A stretch of 64,000 nt of DNA from Candidatus Aminicenantales bacterium. GTDB lineage: Bacteria > Acidobacteriota > Aminicenantia > Aminicenantales > Saccharicenantaceae. Shown piece after piece: positions 25,825 to 35,812 of the stretch. The translations under genes were made by a program, and so were the position numbers. The stretch is from positions 62,001 through 126,000 of the forward strand of contig JBEKXF010000001.1 of assembly GCA_049512315.1 (NCBI GenBank). Direction: 5' to 3'. The notes beneath the pieces are model-generated. The model ran no database searches and had not been told where the DNA came from. It saw only the letters and a program-made list of their open reading frames with translations. Numbering within the stretch: the stretch's first letter is position 1; each line of letters starts with the position of its first letter.

Positions 25825-26817
25825 CTATTCGGAGGCTGTCGAAGCCCCGGCCGGATCCGCGTCGAGCAGGTCCTGCACGGTCTTCGGGACCTCACGGATC
25901 AGGCGCTCGTAAGGCCCATAGACGGTGAAACCCGAGGCGTGGACGTGCCCGCCGCCACCGAAATGCTCGGCCACGCGGGCTGCGTTCGCCCGGCCTTTCG
26001 ATCTCAGGCTGATGCGGAACGTGTCCTTGCCCATTTCCTTGAAGAACATGACCATTTCCGTGCCCTTGATGGACCGGGCCAGGGTCGTGATGTCCTCGGT
26101 GTCGATCTCTTTGAGGCCGAGGGCCTCGAGGTCCCGCTGGAACATGCTGATGATGGCGATGTTGCCCTTCGTGTTCATGGTCAGCGTCGAGAGGACCTGC
26201 CCCAGGAGCTTGATCTTCTCGGGCGGGTTGTTGTTCAGCAGCCGCTCCGAGACACGGATGGGGCTCGCCCCGAGCCGGGTCAGGCTCGTGCACGTTTCAA
26301 GGGCCTTGGCCGTCGTGTTGGAGAACTGGAAAGAGCCCGTGTCCGAGAAGATGGCGCAGTAGAGGTGGTCGGCGATCTCCGGGGTTAGGGTGATGTCCAG
26401 GCAACGGCTGAGGTCGAAGACCATCTCGCCGACGGCCGAGGCGCCGGGATCGATCCAGTTGATGTCGGCATAGGGGGTGTTCGAATAATGATGGTCGATA
26501 TTGATCTTGAACGCGCCGCCCAGGTGCTCCTGACCGGAGCGGGAGACGTCCGCGCACTCGAGGAGAATGACGGTGTCAAACCCGGACGGGTCGATCTGCC
26601 CGATCCGGATCCTCCCGGCGTCGGGAAAATGGCAGAACGGGAAAGGGGTGTTGTCCTTGTTGACGACCGAGACCTCTTTCCCCAGGAGGTCGCCCATCCG
26701 GCTCAGGGCGAGGCCGGTACAGAGGGAATCGCCGTCCGGACGGAGGTGGGAGGTCACGGCAATCCGCCGGGACTTCCGGATCCGGGAAGCGATCTCGAGT
26801 CGGGGATCAGGTGTCAT
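25825..26817 (-). CDS. nrnA: DHH/DHHA1 phosphoesterase (NrnA-like)
   Basis: HLRPDGD, IDHH, DTGSF and GGGGHVHASG motifs. Confidence 0.88.
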   Translation of the reverse strand: MTPDPRLEIASRIRKSRRIAVTSHLRPDGDSLCTGLALSRMGDLLGKEVSVVNKDNTPFPFCHFPDAGRIRIGQIDPSGFDTVILLECADVSRSGQEHLGGAFKINIDHHYSNTPYADINWIDPGASAVGEMVFDLSRCLDITLTPEIADHLYCAIFSDTGSFQFSNTTAKALETCTSLTRLGASPIRVSERLLNNNPPEKIKLLGQVLSTLTMNTKGNIAIISMFQRDLEALGLKEIDTEDITTLARSIKGTEMVMFFKEMGKDTFRISLRSKGRANAARVAEHFGGGGHVHASGFTVYGPYERLIREVPKTVQDLLDADPAGASTASE

Positions 26818-27160
26818 GTTTCTTCGTCCGTTCGATCAGCCGGTCGATCTTGTCCGCATACTCTGGACCCTCGTCCAGGGCAAAAAATAGTCCCGGATTA
26901 TACTTCAATTTGACCCGGGAGGCAAGGGTTTTGCGGATGTATCCCTTGCTCTTCTCCAACCGGTCGAGGAAGCCCTGCGGGTCGGCCGCCCCGAAGACGC
27001 TCAGGGAGACGTGGGCGTTGAGGAGGTCGGGAGTCACCTCGACCCGGGTCACGGTCACGAGCCCCGACGAGGGGTCCTGGAATTCGCGGATCATCAGGCG
27101 GCCGAGCTCTTCCTGGATGAGCTCGGCGACACGGCGGGCCCTCAGCCCCGGTTTCGTCAT
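26807..27160 (-). CDS. rbfA: Ribosome-binding factor A
   Basis: RARRVAELI...DP...VTVTRVEVTPDL...GYIRK..LKYNP. Confidence 0.93.
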   Translation of the reverse strand: MTKPGLRARRVAELIQEELGRLMIREFQDPSSGLVTVTRVEVTPDLLNAHVSLSVFGAADPQGFLDRLEKSKGYIRKTLASRVKLKYNPGLFFALDEGPEYADKIDRLIERTKKHDT

Positions 27161-27201
27161 CGCTCCTCTCCTTCTCCTTCGGCGGACGCGCGCTAGAGAT
27201 A

Positions 27202-27483
27202 CTAGAGATACCGGATCTCGTGATGGACGATTTCCCCTTCTTCGAGCCCCCGGGCGTCCGAGAGGATCCTGTTGAGGAGGTCCCCGACGACGGTGGCCCG
27301 GCTATTGAGCGTCACGACCCCCAGGAGGGCCCTCTGCCACTTGTCCTGGTAATCGAGCTCGGCCACGGCCACGTTGTAGCGGCCCTTGAGCCGCTCCTTG
27401 AAACCGTGGAGGATCCGCCTCTTGTCCTTGAGGGATCGGGCGTAGGGGAAAAATATCTCGAGGGTCAAGACACCGACGATCAT
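27202..27483 (-). CDS. DUF503 (YlxP-like) protein
   Basis: SLKDKRR...NVAVAELDYQDKWQRA; lies between infB and rbfA. Confidence 0.88.
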   Translation of the reverse strand: MIVGVLTLEIFFPYARSLKDKRRILHGFKERLKGRYNVAVAELDYQDKWQRALLGVVTLNSRATVVGDLLNRILSDARGLEEGEIVHHEIRYL

Positions 27484-27501
27484 CGGACTCCCGCGAAGCG
27501 T

Positions 27502-29307
27502 CTAGGTCGCTTTGACCTTCTCCCGGATGAAGGCCTCGATCGTGTCGCCCACCTGGATATCGCTGAACTTATCGAGGCCGATGCCGCATTCGTAATCCTT
27601 CTTGACTTCCGTGACGTTCTCCTTGACGTGCCTGAGCGAGGAGATCCGCCCCTGGTGGATGACCTCTTTGCCGCGGATGACGCGGACCTCGGAGCTCCGG
27701 GTGATCTTGCCGTCCTGGACATAGCAGCCGGCGATCGTCCCGACCTTCGGGATCTGGAAGACGCGGCGAACTTCGGCTCGGCCCTGGTAGGTTTCCTTGA
27801 TGACCGGCTCGAGCAGTCCGATGACTGCCTTTTTGATGTCGTCCGTGACCTGGTAGATGATGTCGTACACCCGGATCTCGACCGCTTCCTTCTTGGCCAG
27901 GTCGAGGACCTTCGGGCTCGGCTTGACGTTGTAGCCGATGATGATCGCGTTCGAAGCCGATGCCAGGAGCACGTCGGCCTCGGTGATGGCGCCCGTGGCC
28001 TGGTGGACGATCTTGATGTTCACCTTCTCCGTGCCGAGGGGCGGGATGATCTCGGTGAGGACTTCGACCGAACCCTGAACATCGGCCTTGATGATCAGGG
28101 CCAGTTCTTTGGCCCGGCCCCCTTCGATCCGCTTGAAGAGGTCGTCGAGAGTGAAGTGCTCCGGCCGCACCTGTTCCTGCTTTTTCACCCTGGATCGCCG
28201 GAACTCGACGATCTTCTTGGCCGAGACGATGTCGCCGGTGACCTGGAAGAAATCCCCGGCCTCCGGGACCTCGGAAAAGCCCATGACTTCGACGGGGATC
28301 GAGGGGCCGGCGCTCTTCAGGGTTTTCCCCCGGTCGTCGAACATCGCCCGCACTTTGCCGGAGGCCGTTCCCGAGACGAAGGCCTGGCCGACGACGAGCG
28401 TCCCGTTCTGGACGATCACGGTCGCCAGGGGGCCCTTTTGGCTGTCCAGCCGGGCCTCGAGGACGACTCCCTGGGCGGGGACCTTGGGGTTCCCTTTGAG
28501 CTCCAGGATGTCGCTTAGGAGCAGGATCATTTCGAGAAGGTCATCGATGTTCGTTTTGTCGCGCGCGGAGACGGCCACGCTGATCGTCTTGCCTCCCCAG
28601 TCCTCGACGAGAAGGCCTTCCTTGGACAGCTGCTGCTTGACCCGGTCCTGGTGGGCCTCGGGCTTGTCGATCTTGTTGATGGCCACGATGATGGGGACGC
28701 CGGCCGCCTTGGCGTGGTCGATGGCTTCCTTGGTCTGTGGCATGACCCCGTCGTCGGCGGCGACGACGAGGACGACGATGTCGGTGACCTTGGCCCCGCG
28801 GGCCCGGAGCTGGGTGAACGCTTCGTGGCCCGGGGTGTCGACGAAGGTGATCGAGCGGTTCTTGATGGGGACGCGATAGGCCCCGATGTGCTGAGTGATG
28901 CCGCCCGATTCCTTGCCCACGAGGTTCGAGGACCGGATGGCGTCGAGGAGCGTCGTCTTGCCGTGGTCGACGTGTCCCATGATCGTGACGACCGGGGAAC
29001 GGGGGACGAGGTCCGCCGTCCGGGCCTCGGCCTGCCGGCGCATGGCCTGCTCGAACGTCGTGAACTCGGCGTCGAAATCCGTGGCCTTGGTGATGGCCGC
29101 GGCCATGGCTTCATCGGCGAAATCGTCGAGGTCGGCGGCGACGCCCTTGGCCGCGAGCTTGTCCATCAGGTCTTTGGGCTTGAGCTTCATCCGCTCGGCC
29201 ACGTTGCGGAGGGCGAGGCCCTCCCAGATGGTCAGTTTGTGCCGGGGTTTGGGAGCGGCCTCTTTGGCCGCTTTCTTGACGGTTGGTTTTTTGGCTTGAT
29301 CACTCAT
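27502..29307 (-). CDS. infB: Translation initiation factor IF-2
   Basis: GHVDHGKTTLLD, DTPGHEAF, NKID, KADVQGS and ECGI motifs. Confidence 0.97.
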   Translation of the reverse strand: MSDQAKKPTVKKAAKEAAPKPRHKLTIWEGLALRNVAERMKLKPKDLMDKLAAKGVAADLDDFADEAMAAAITKATDFDAEFTTFEQAMRRQAEARTADLVPRSPVVTIMGHVDHGKTTLLDAIRSSNLVGKESGGITQHIGAYRVPIKNRSITFVDTPGHEAFTQLRARGAKVTDIVVLVVAADDGVMPQTKEAIDHAKAAGVPIIVAINKIDKPEAHQDRVKQQLSKEGLLVEDWGGKTISVAVSARDKTNIDDLLEMILLLSDILELKGNPKVPAQGVVLEARLDSQKGPLATVIVQNGTLVVGQAFVSGTASGKVRAMFDDRGKTLKSAGPSIPVEVMGFSEVPEAGDFFQVTGDIVSAKKIVEFRRSRVKKQEQVRPEHFTLDDLFKRIEGGRAKELALIIKADVQGSVEVLTEIIPPLGTEKVNIKIVHQATGAITEADVLLASASNAIIIGYNVKPSPKVLDLAKKEAVEIRVYDIIYQVTDDIKKAVIGLLEPVIKETYQGRAEVRRVFQIPKVGTIAGCYVQDGKITRSSEVRVIRGKEVIHQGRISSLRHVKENVTEVKKDYECGIGLDKFSDIQVGDTIEAFIREKVKAT

Positions 29308-30337
29308 GCGTTTGTTCTTGCGTGATGGAAATTTTCCAGCCCACGAGTCTGGAAGCCAGCTTGACGTTGATCCCCTTCTTGCCGATGGCCAGGGACAGCT
29401 GGTCTTTGTCCACGACGGCCTCCATGGTTTTTTCGTTCGGGTTGACGACGGAGAGCTTTTCGACCTTGGCCGGGCTCAGCGCGGCCTTGGCGTACGCGGC
29501 GGCGTTCGACGACCACTGGATGATGTCGACCTTTTCGCCGCCGAGCTCCTTGGAGATGGCCAGGATCCTTCCCCCCTTGACGCCGATGCAGGCCCCGATG
29601 GGGTCGATGTCCCGCTCCCGGCTGGCGACAGAGACCTTGGCCCTTTCACCGGCTTGGCGGACGATGTCCTTGATCTCGATCGTCCCGTTGGCGATCTCCG
29701 GGATCTCGTTCTCGAGGAGCTTGGCCAGGAAGCGGGGGCTCGTCCGGGAGATGATGATCTGCGGGCCCTTGGGTCCCCGGATGACCTGGCTGATTACGGC
29801 CTTGACCATGTCCCCCCGCTGAAACTCCTCTGTGGGGAGCTTTTCCCGCAGCGGGAAGGTGACTTCGGTCCGGTTGATCTCGAGGATGAGCGCGCCGTCC
29901 TCGACGCGGCGGACGATGCCGGTGACGATCTCCCCGAGCCGCGGAGCGTAATCCTCATAGATCTTCTCCTGCTCAGCGTCCCGGACCTTCTGGAAGATGA
30001 CCTGTTTCGCGGCCTGGGCGGCGATCCGGCCCAAGGTGTCGGCGGGGAGGTCGATCTCGACTTCGTCGCCCTCCTTCGCCCCCTTCCGGAGCATCCGGGC
30101 TTCCTCGAGCGGGATCTCCGCGGCCGGGTTCCCGGGCTTCTCGGCGGCGCGCTTGACCGCGTACACCCGCAGCTCGCCCTTCTCGGGCTTGAACAGGATC
30201 CGGACGTCCTCGTTCCGGGAGAAGAATTTCCCGGCCGCGACCTTCAGGGACTCCTCGATCGCCTGGATGATCACGCGCGGCTCGACATCGCGCTCCTTGC
30301 TGAGCTGCAGGATCGTATTCCAGACATTGACTTTCAT
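29300..30337 (-). CDS. nusA: Transcription factor NusA
   Basis: GRIAAQAAKQV, EIPEI, DPIGACIG, SLAIGKKGINV; start re-called at ATG 30337. Confidence 0.96.
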   Translation of the reverse strand: MKVNVWNTILQLSKERDVEPRVIIQAIEESLKVAAGKFFSRNEDVRILFKPEKGELRVYAVKRAAEKPGNPAAEIPLEEARMLRKGAKEGDEVEIDLPADTLGRIAAQAAKQVIFQKVRDAEQEKIYEDYAPRLGEIVTGIVRRVEDGALILEINRTEVTFPLREKLPTEEFQRGDMVKAVISQVIRGPKGPQIIISRTSPRFLAKLLENEIPEIANGTIEIKDIVRQAGERAKVSVASRERDIDPIGACIGVKGGRILAISKELGGEKVDIIQWSSNAAAYAKAALSPAKVEKLSVVNPNEKTMEAVVDKDQLSLAIGKKGINVKLASRLVGWKISITQEQTHE

Positions 30338-30415
30338 CCGTTGTTCTCTTTTTCCTCCGGAGGACTTCCAGGGACGAGAGATTATATCGGAAAATCCGCC
30401 AAAGTGCAACGAAGC

Positions 30416-31717
30416 CTATCCAGCGAGCTGGCCGTGGAGGCTGTAGGGGCCGTAGCCGGTAATGCGGACGGTGACGAATTGCCCGATGACGTCGCGAGGG
30501 GAATCGAAGTTGACTACGAGATTGCCCTCGGTCCGCCCGGTCAGGCGGCCCCCGCCCTTCGGGCTCTGGCCAAGGCAGAGGACCTTGAGCTCCCGACCGA
30601 CAAACGTATTGTTGACCTCGAGCTGAATCGTCTTCTGGAGGTTCTGGAGGGCGAGGAGCCTCCGTCTTTTGACCTCGAGGGGGACGTCGTCGGTCATCCG
30701 TGCGGCCGCCGTTAGGGGGCGGGGCGAATAGCGGAAGGAAAATATGCCGGCGAACCGGAGCTCGCGGAGGGCGTCGCATGTCTCCTCGAAATCGGCTTCC
30801 GTCTCCCCGGGGAAGCCGACGATGATGTCGGTCATCAGGAGGATGCCGGGAAGAGCCTTTTTGAGGTGCGTCACCAGGGCCAGGTAATCTCCGCGGGTAT
30901 AGCCGCGGTTCATCCTCTCCAGGACGGCCGTCGAGCCCGACTGGAGAGGAAGATGGAGCCCGCGGCAGACTTTCGGGTTCCTCGCCATGGCCGCGATGAT
31001 GTCGTCGCCGAAATTCCTGGGGTGGGAGGTGATGAAGCGGACCCAGGCGATGCCCGCAACGGCCGAGGCTTCATCGAGAAGGTCGGCGAAGCCGCGCCCG
31101 GATCCGGGGTCCCGATAGGAATTGACATTCTGACCCAAGAACTGGATTTCCTTGTAGCCGTCGGCGGCCAGGTCCCTGACCTCTCGGACGATGTCCCCGC
31201 AGGGCCGGAATTTCTCGCGGCCCCGGCTGAAGGGGACGACGCAGTAAGCGCAGAACTTGTCGCACCCCTCCATGACCGTGACGAACGCGCTCGTCACGCT
31301 TTCCCGGACGGTCTCAGGATGGCCGAACTCCCGCCAGCCGCGCCCCCGGCCCGTTTCGAGGCACGGCCCGACCGCCGCTTTTTCCAGGATCGCAGGGATC
31401 TCGAGATAGTTGTCCGGGCCGACGACAAAATCGATGAACGGCCTCTTCTTGAAGAGCGTTTCCCGATAAACCTGGGCGACGCAGCCGGCGACGCCGATGA
31501 GGACGGCCCGTTTTTTCTTGAGCGATGAGAGTCGGCCGAGGTAGGAATAAAGCTTCTCCTCGGACTTCTCGCGGACGGCGCAGGTGTTGACGATGATGAC
31601 GTCGGCTTCCTCGATGCTAGCGGCCCGGGCCGCGCCCGACCGCGCCAGGATCCCGGAGATGTGCTCGGAATCGTTCTCGTTCATCTGGCACCCGAACGTC
31701 CGGACAAAATACTTCAT
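30416..31717 (-). CDS. miaB: tRNA methylthiotransferase MiaB
   Basis: TFGCQMNENDSE, NTCAVRE, GCDKFCAYCVVP, C-terminal TRAM domain. Confidence 0.95.
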   Translation of the reverse strand: MKYFVRTFGCQMNENDSEHISGILARSGAARAASIEEADVIIVNTCAVREKSEEKLYSYLGRLSSLKKKRAVLIGVAGCVAQVYRETLFKKRPFIDFVVGPDNYLEIPAILEKAAVGPCLETGRGRGWREFGHPETVRESVTSAFVTVMEGCDKFCAYCVVPFSRGREKFRPCGDIVREVRDLAADGYKEIQFLGQNVNSYRDPGSGRGFADLLDEASAVAGIAWVRFITSHPRNFGDDIIAAMARNPKVCRGLHLPLQSGSTAVLERMNRGYTRGDYLALVTHLKKALPGILLMTDIIVGFPGETEADFEETCDALRELRFAGIFSFRYSPRPLTAAARMTDDVPLEVKRRRLLALQNLQKTIQLEVNNTFVGRELKVLCLGQSPKGGGRLTGRTEGNLVVNFDSPRDVIGQFVTVRITGYGPYSLHGQLAG

Positions 31718-31872
31718 GAGCCCTATTATACACGACGGGGAGCCTCGGGCCGTGAAGGTGAGGGATGACCTTGACACGGATCCCGGCCGAGGGATATGTA
31801 TGGGATGTGATCAAGGAGAGAGAAGTTGGGAGATCGATCGCAGGTGAATCCTGGAGAGGAGGAGCGCCGAGC

Positions 31873-33114
31873 ATGACCGGAGAGCCCATCACCCTGGAAC
31901 AGGCGTCCGTCCTGGATGTCGTCGCGGGAGAGCTGCGGCCCCATCATCGCGTCGTCATCCGGGGAGGGATCATCGAGCGCGTGGAACCCGTCGGAGCCAA
32001 AGCTCCGCCGGCCGCGCCGGGCCCGGTCATCGACGTCAAGGGCAGGACCGTCATGCCCGGCCTGTGCGATGCCCACGTCCATGTGTCGGCCTGGACGGCC
32101 GATCTTTCCGAGCTGATGCGCAGCTCGCCCTTCTACACGGCCGCGCGGGCCGCCGGCATTCTCGGCGAGATGCTGAACCGGGGTTTCACCACTGTTCGGG
32201 ATGCCGGCGGGGCGGATTTCGGGTTGGCCCAAGCCGTGGATGAGGGCCGCGTCGTCGGGCCCAGGATCCTATTCTGCGGGCAGGGGCTGTCGCAGACAGG
32301 CGGGCATGCGGATATCCGCAGGCGGGGCGAGCGCGTTGTGAAAGGGGTGAGCGCCGCGGTTAATCTCGGCCGGCTCTGCGACGGTGTCACCGATGTCCGC
32401 CGCGCCTGCCGGGAGGAAATCCGCAAAGGCGCCAGCCACATCAAGCTCATGCTGTCCGGGGGAATCGTCTCGCCGACCGACCGGATCACCAATGCCCAAT
32501 TCTCGGAGGAAGAGATCCGGGCCGCGGTGGATGAGGCGGAGATGGCCGGGATCTATTGCATGGGGCACGTGTACACGGCCCGGGCAGCGAACCGGGCCCT
32601 TCGATGCGGAGTCAAGTCGCTCGAGCACTGCAATCTCATTGACGAGACGAGCGTCGAGTTGTTCGTGACGTACCAAGCCACCATGGTCCCCACCCTGACC
32701 ACGTATGACGTCCTGGGCGAAGAGGGCCTGCAGGCCGGGCTCTCGGAGGCGCAGATCGCCAAGCTTCACGAGGTCAAGGGCCACGGATTACGGGCCCTCG
32801 AAATGGCCTCCAGGGGCGGCGTGAAGCTGGCCTACGGCACGGATCTGCTGGGACCGATGCACCAGCATCAGCTCCGGGAATTTATGCTCCGGGCCGCCGT
32901 TCAGCCGCCTCTGGACGTCATCCGGTCGGCGACATGCAACGCCGCGGAGCTGTTCAGGGAACACGGCCGGACAGGGATCGTGGCCGAAGGCGCGCGCGCC
33001 GACCTCTTGATCGTGGAAGGCAATCCCTTGCGTGATCTCGGGTGCCTCCAGGACCCCGATCGGTGCCTCGCGGCCATTATCAAAGGCGGAGTCTTCTATA
33101 AGAATAAGCTCTGA
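31873..33114 (+). CDS. Metal-dependent amidohydrolase (Xaa-Pro dipeptidase-like)
   Basis: MPGLCDAHVH, GFTTVRDAGG, SLEHC, YGTD, ADLLIV. Confidence 0.88.
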   Translation: MTGEPITLEQASVLDVVAGELRPHHRVVIRGGIIERVEPVGAKAPPAAPGPVIDVKGRTVMPGLCDAHVHVSAWTADLSELMRSSPFYTAARAAGILGEMLNRGFTTVRDAGGADFGLAQAVDEGRVVGPRILFCGQGLSQTGGHADIRRRGERVVKGVSAAVNLGRLCDGVTDVRRACREEIRKGASHIKLMLSGGIVSPTDRITNAQFSEEEIRAAVDEAEMAGIYCMGHVYTARAANRALRCGVKSLEHCNLIDETSVELFVTYQATMVPTLTTYDVLGEEGLQAGLSEAQIAKLHEVKGHGLRALEMASRGGVKLAYGTDLLGPMHQHQLREFMLRAAVQPPLDVIRSATCNAAELFREHGRTGIVAEGARADLLIVEGNPLRDLGCLQDPDRCLAAIIKGGVFYKNKL

Positions 33115-33250
33115 AGCGTCCGGTCCGCGGCAGCCGGACCTCCGGAGCCCGCGGGGTCTTGCTTCTTCTTTCCCGCGGGAATATCATCACACGGAAAAGA
33201 CGCCCGGAAGTGACGGGCGTTTGAGTGTTACGCTTGAAGAGGAGCATTCC

Positions 33251-35290
33251 ATGCGCGGAATTTCCCAACGTCCCGAGCCGGGAACGAGTCGCAGGGGAGC
33301 GGGGTCGGGCCGCTCGAAGAGGCGAAAAACGTCGGGTTGCTCTTTTCTGTCTCTGAGGGGCCGGCGGCTTGGCCGTTTCTTCCCCCTGGCTCTGGCTTTC
33401 ATCCTCGTGGTGTGGCCGGGGTCCGGCGTCTTCGCTCAAGACCGTGACCGGAATGAGGCGGCCCGCCAGCAGCTCGAGTATACGCGGGCCCACTATACCA
33501 AGCACGACTACCACATTCCCATGCGGGATGGAATCCGGCTTTTTACCACGGTCTACGTGCCCAAGGACTCCAGCCGGCCCTATCCCATCCTGATGGAGCG
33601 CACGCCGTACTCCGTATCTCCATACGGCCCCGACAGCTACAGGTCCGTGCTCGGCCCCTCGCGGGGTTGCGAAGAGGAGGGTTTCATTTTTGCCTACCAG
33701 GATGTCCGCGGACGCTATCTCTCGGAAGGCGAATTCGTCGATATTCCCTTTCACAAAACCCGCTTCTCGAGTTCCATGGACACCGATGAGAGCACGGATA
33801 CGTACGACACGATCGACTGGCTCGTCAAGCACCTCCCCGGCAACAACGGGAAGGTCGGGATCTGGGGAATTTCGTACCCGGGGTTCTACGCCGCATTCAG
33901 TCTGATCGACGCCCATCCCGCGCTCAAAGCGGTCTCCCCTCAAGCCCCGATGGCGGATGTCGGCAACGGTGACGACGCCTACCACAACGGCGCGTTCTTC
34001 CTGGCTGCCAACTTCGGCTTCTACGCGTCGTTCAAGCCGCGGCGGGGAGGGCCGGCCGTCCCAGAGAGGTTCGGGGGTTTCAGTTTCGGCACGCCCGACC
34101 AGTATGACTTCTATTTGCGCATGGGGACCCTGGCGGAGGGGACGAAGAAGTATTTCCAGGACCCGAACCCATACTGGGATGACATGCTGGCTCATGATGC
34201 CTACGATGACTTCTGGCAGCGCCGCGCGCTAGCCCCCCACATGAAGAATGTTAGGCCGGCCGTGCTTCTCGTCGGGGGCTGGTTTGACGCCGAGGACCTC
34301 GGCGGCACGCCGAAATTGTTCCGGGCGCTCGTCGCCCGCCAAACGCGGGCTCCCGTCACTTTTGTCATGGGCCCATGGCCCCACGGGGGTTGGGCCGGCC
34401 TGGAGGGCGACCGGCTCGGCCGACTGAGCTTCGGATCCAAGACCGGGGCGTTCTTCCGCGAACAGATCGAGCTGCCGTTTTTCCTCTATCACCTGAAAGG
34501 CCAGGGCCAGGGCCTCGTGTCACCGGAAGAAAACCGCCCCCCGGCGGCCTGGCTGTTCGAAACGGGAAAGAACCAGTGGCGTCGTTTCGACGTCTGGCCT
34601 CCGAAGGAGGCCCGCGAAAAAGCCCTCTATCTAGGCCAGGGCGGCAAGCTCTCCTTTGATCCGGCAGCGGGGACGGGCGCCGATTTCGATGAATATCTCA
34701 GCGACCCGGACAAGCCCGTGCCCGTGATTGGTCACATCGGACGGGGCATGCCGTATGATTACATGGCCGAGGATCAGCGGTTCGCCGCAGAGCGTCCGGA
34801 CGTCCTGGTCTATGAAACAGAGCCGCTCGATCATGACGTTACGGCGTTAGGTCCCCTGACGCCGCGGCTGACGGTTTCCACTTCCGGCACGGATTCGGAC
34901 TTCGTCGTGAAGCTCATCGATGTCTATCCGAACGATGCCCAGGACTTGGACGGGAACCCGGCGGGGGTTCCCCTGGCAGGCTATCAGGAGCTCGTGCGGG
35001 GGGAGCCGTTCCGGGGGAAATTCCGTCATGATATGGTGAAGCCAGAGCCTTTCACGCCAGGCCTGCCTGAGAAGATCGAGTTCGCGATGCCGGACGTCTG
35101 TCATACGTTCCTCGCGGGACATCGGATTATGGTCCAGATCCAGAGCTCCTGGTTTCCTTTGATTGACCGGAATCCGCAGAAATTCCTCGACATTCCTAAA
35201 GCCCTGGCCTCGGACTTCGAGAAAGCGATCGAGCGGGTGTTCCGGGGCGGTAAAGACGGCTCTCAGATCCGCATTTGGGTGCTTGAATGA
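33251..35290 (+). CDS. CocE/NonD family hydrolase (peptidase S15-like)
   Basis: IPMRDGIRL, RTPY, QDVRGR, WGISYPG nucleophile, GPWPH; start uncertain. Confidence 0.88.
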   Translation: MRGISQRPEPGTSRRGAGSGRSKRRKTSGCSFLSLRGRRLGRFFPLALAFILVVWPGSGVFAQDRDRNEAARQQLEYTRAHYTKHDYHIPMRDGIRLFTTVYVPKDSSRPYPILMERTPYSVSPYGPDSYRSVLGPSRGCEEEGFIFAYQDVRGRYLSEGEFVDIPFHKTRFSSSMDTDESTDTYDTIDWLVKHLPGNNGKVGIWGISYPGFYAAFSLIDAHPALKAVSPQAPMADVGNGDDAYHNGAFFLAANFGFYASFKPRRGGPAVPERFGGFSFGTPDQYDFYLRMGTLAEGTKKYFQDPNPYWDDMLAHDAYDDFWQRRALAPHMKNVRPAVLLVGGWFDAEDLGGTPKLFRALVARQTRAPVTFVMGPWPHGGWAGLEGDRLGRLSFGSKTGAFFREQIELPFFLYHLKGQGQGLVSPEENRPPAAWLFETGKNQWRRFDVWPPKEAREKALYLGQGGKLSFDPAAGTGADFDEYLSDPDKPVPVIGHIGRGMPYDYMAEDQRFAAERPDVLVYETEPLDHDVTALGPLTPRLTVSTSGTDSDFVVKLIDVYPNDAQDLDGNPAGVPLAGYQELVRGEPFRGKFRHDMVKPEPFTPGLPEKIEFAMPDVCHTFLAGHRIMVQIQSSWFPLIDRNPQKFLDIPKALASDFEKAIERVFRGGKDGSQIRIWVLE

Positions 35291-35377
35291 CGGTATCGGA
35301 AAACGCCCGGGATGTCCCGGGCCCGGCTTGAGGGAGATTCCTCTATGGAGGAAATCCTCCGGAGGGTCCCTCACGTC

Positions 35378-35812
35378 TCAGAGGATGTCGTCCAGGATGG
35401 CCACGGCGTCCCGGATGAGCGGCTCGCAGCGGGTCTCGTGGAGCCTCTTTTCTGCGATCGTCTTTTGCCCCTCGGGACTCCCGATGTCGCAGCCGAGGAG
35501 GTCGTTGCAGCGGGCCGTGCCGTGTTTGACCTTGAACCTCCTAACGAATTCCCGGACGAGGGCGTAGGTGCGGTCCTTTGCCGCCGCGTCGTCGGCCCTG
35601 ACCCTGCCGTATTTCAGGCCGATGACCAGGAACGCGCCGGTCACGGCGCCGCAGCAGTCCCCCGATTTGGCGATGCCGCCGCCAAAGGGCTGGGAGATCC
35701 GGAGGGCCGTTTCCCGGGCCAGTCCGAAGTCCTCCGCGTAGGCCGCGAGGACGGCCTGGGAACAGCTGAAGCCTTGCTTGAATAGAGAGATCGCCTGTTC
35801 GGGCTTCGTCAT
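35378..35812 (-). CDS. C_GCAxxG_C_C family putative redox protein
   Basis: CSQAV, FGGG..CCGAVTGA, conserved downstream Cys. Confidence 0.85.
   Translation of the reverse strand: MTKPEQAISLFKQGFSCSQAVLAAYAEDFGLARETALRISQPFGGGIAKSGDCCGAVTGAFLVIGLKYGRVRADDAAAKDRTYALVREFVRRFKVKHGTARCNDLLGCDIGSPEGQKTIAEKRLHETRCEPLIRDAVAILDDIL

Noticed and set aside
25600..25825. tRNA or tmRNA as integration target
   Set aside because: No cloverleaf or T-loop motif; the repeat is the truB start
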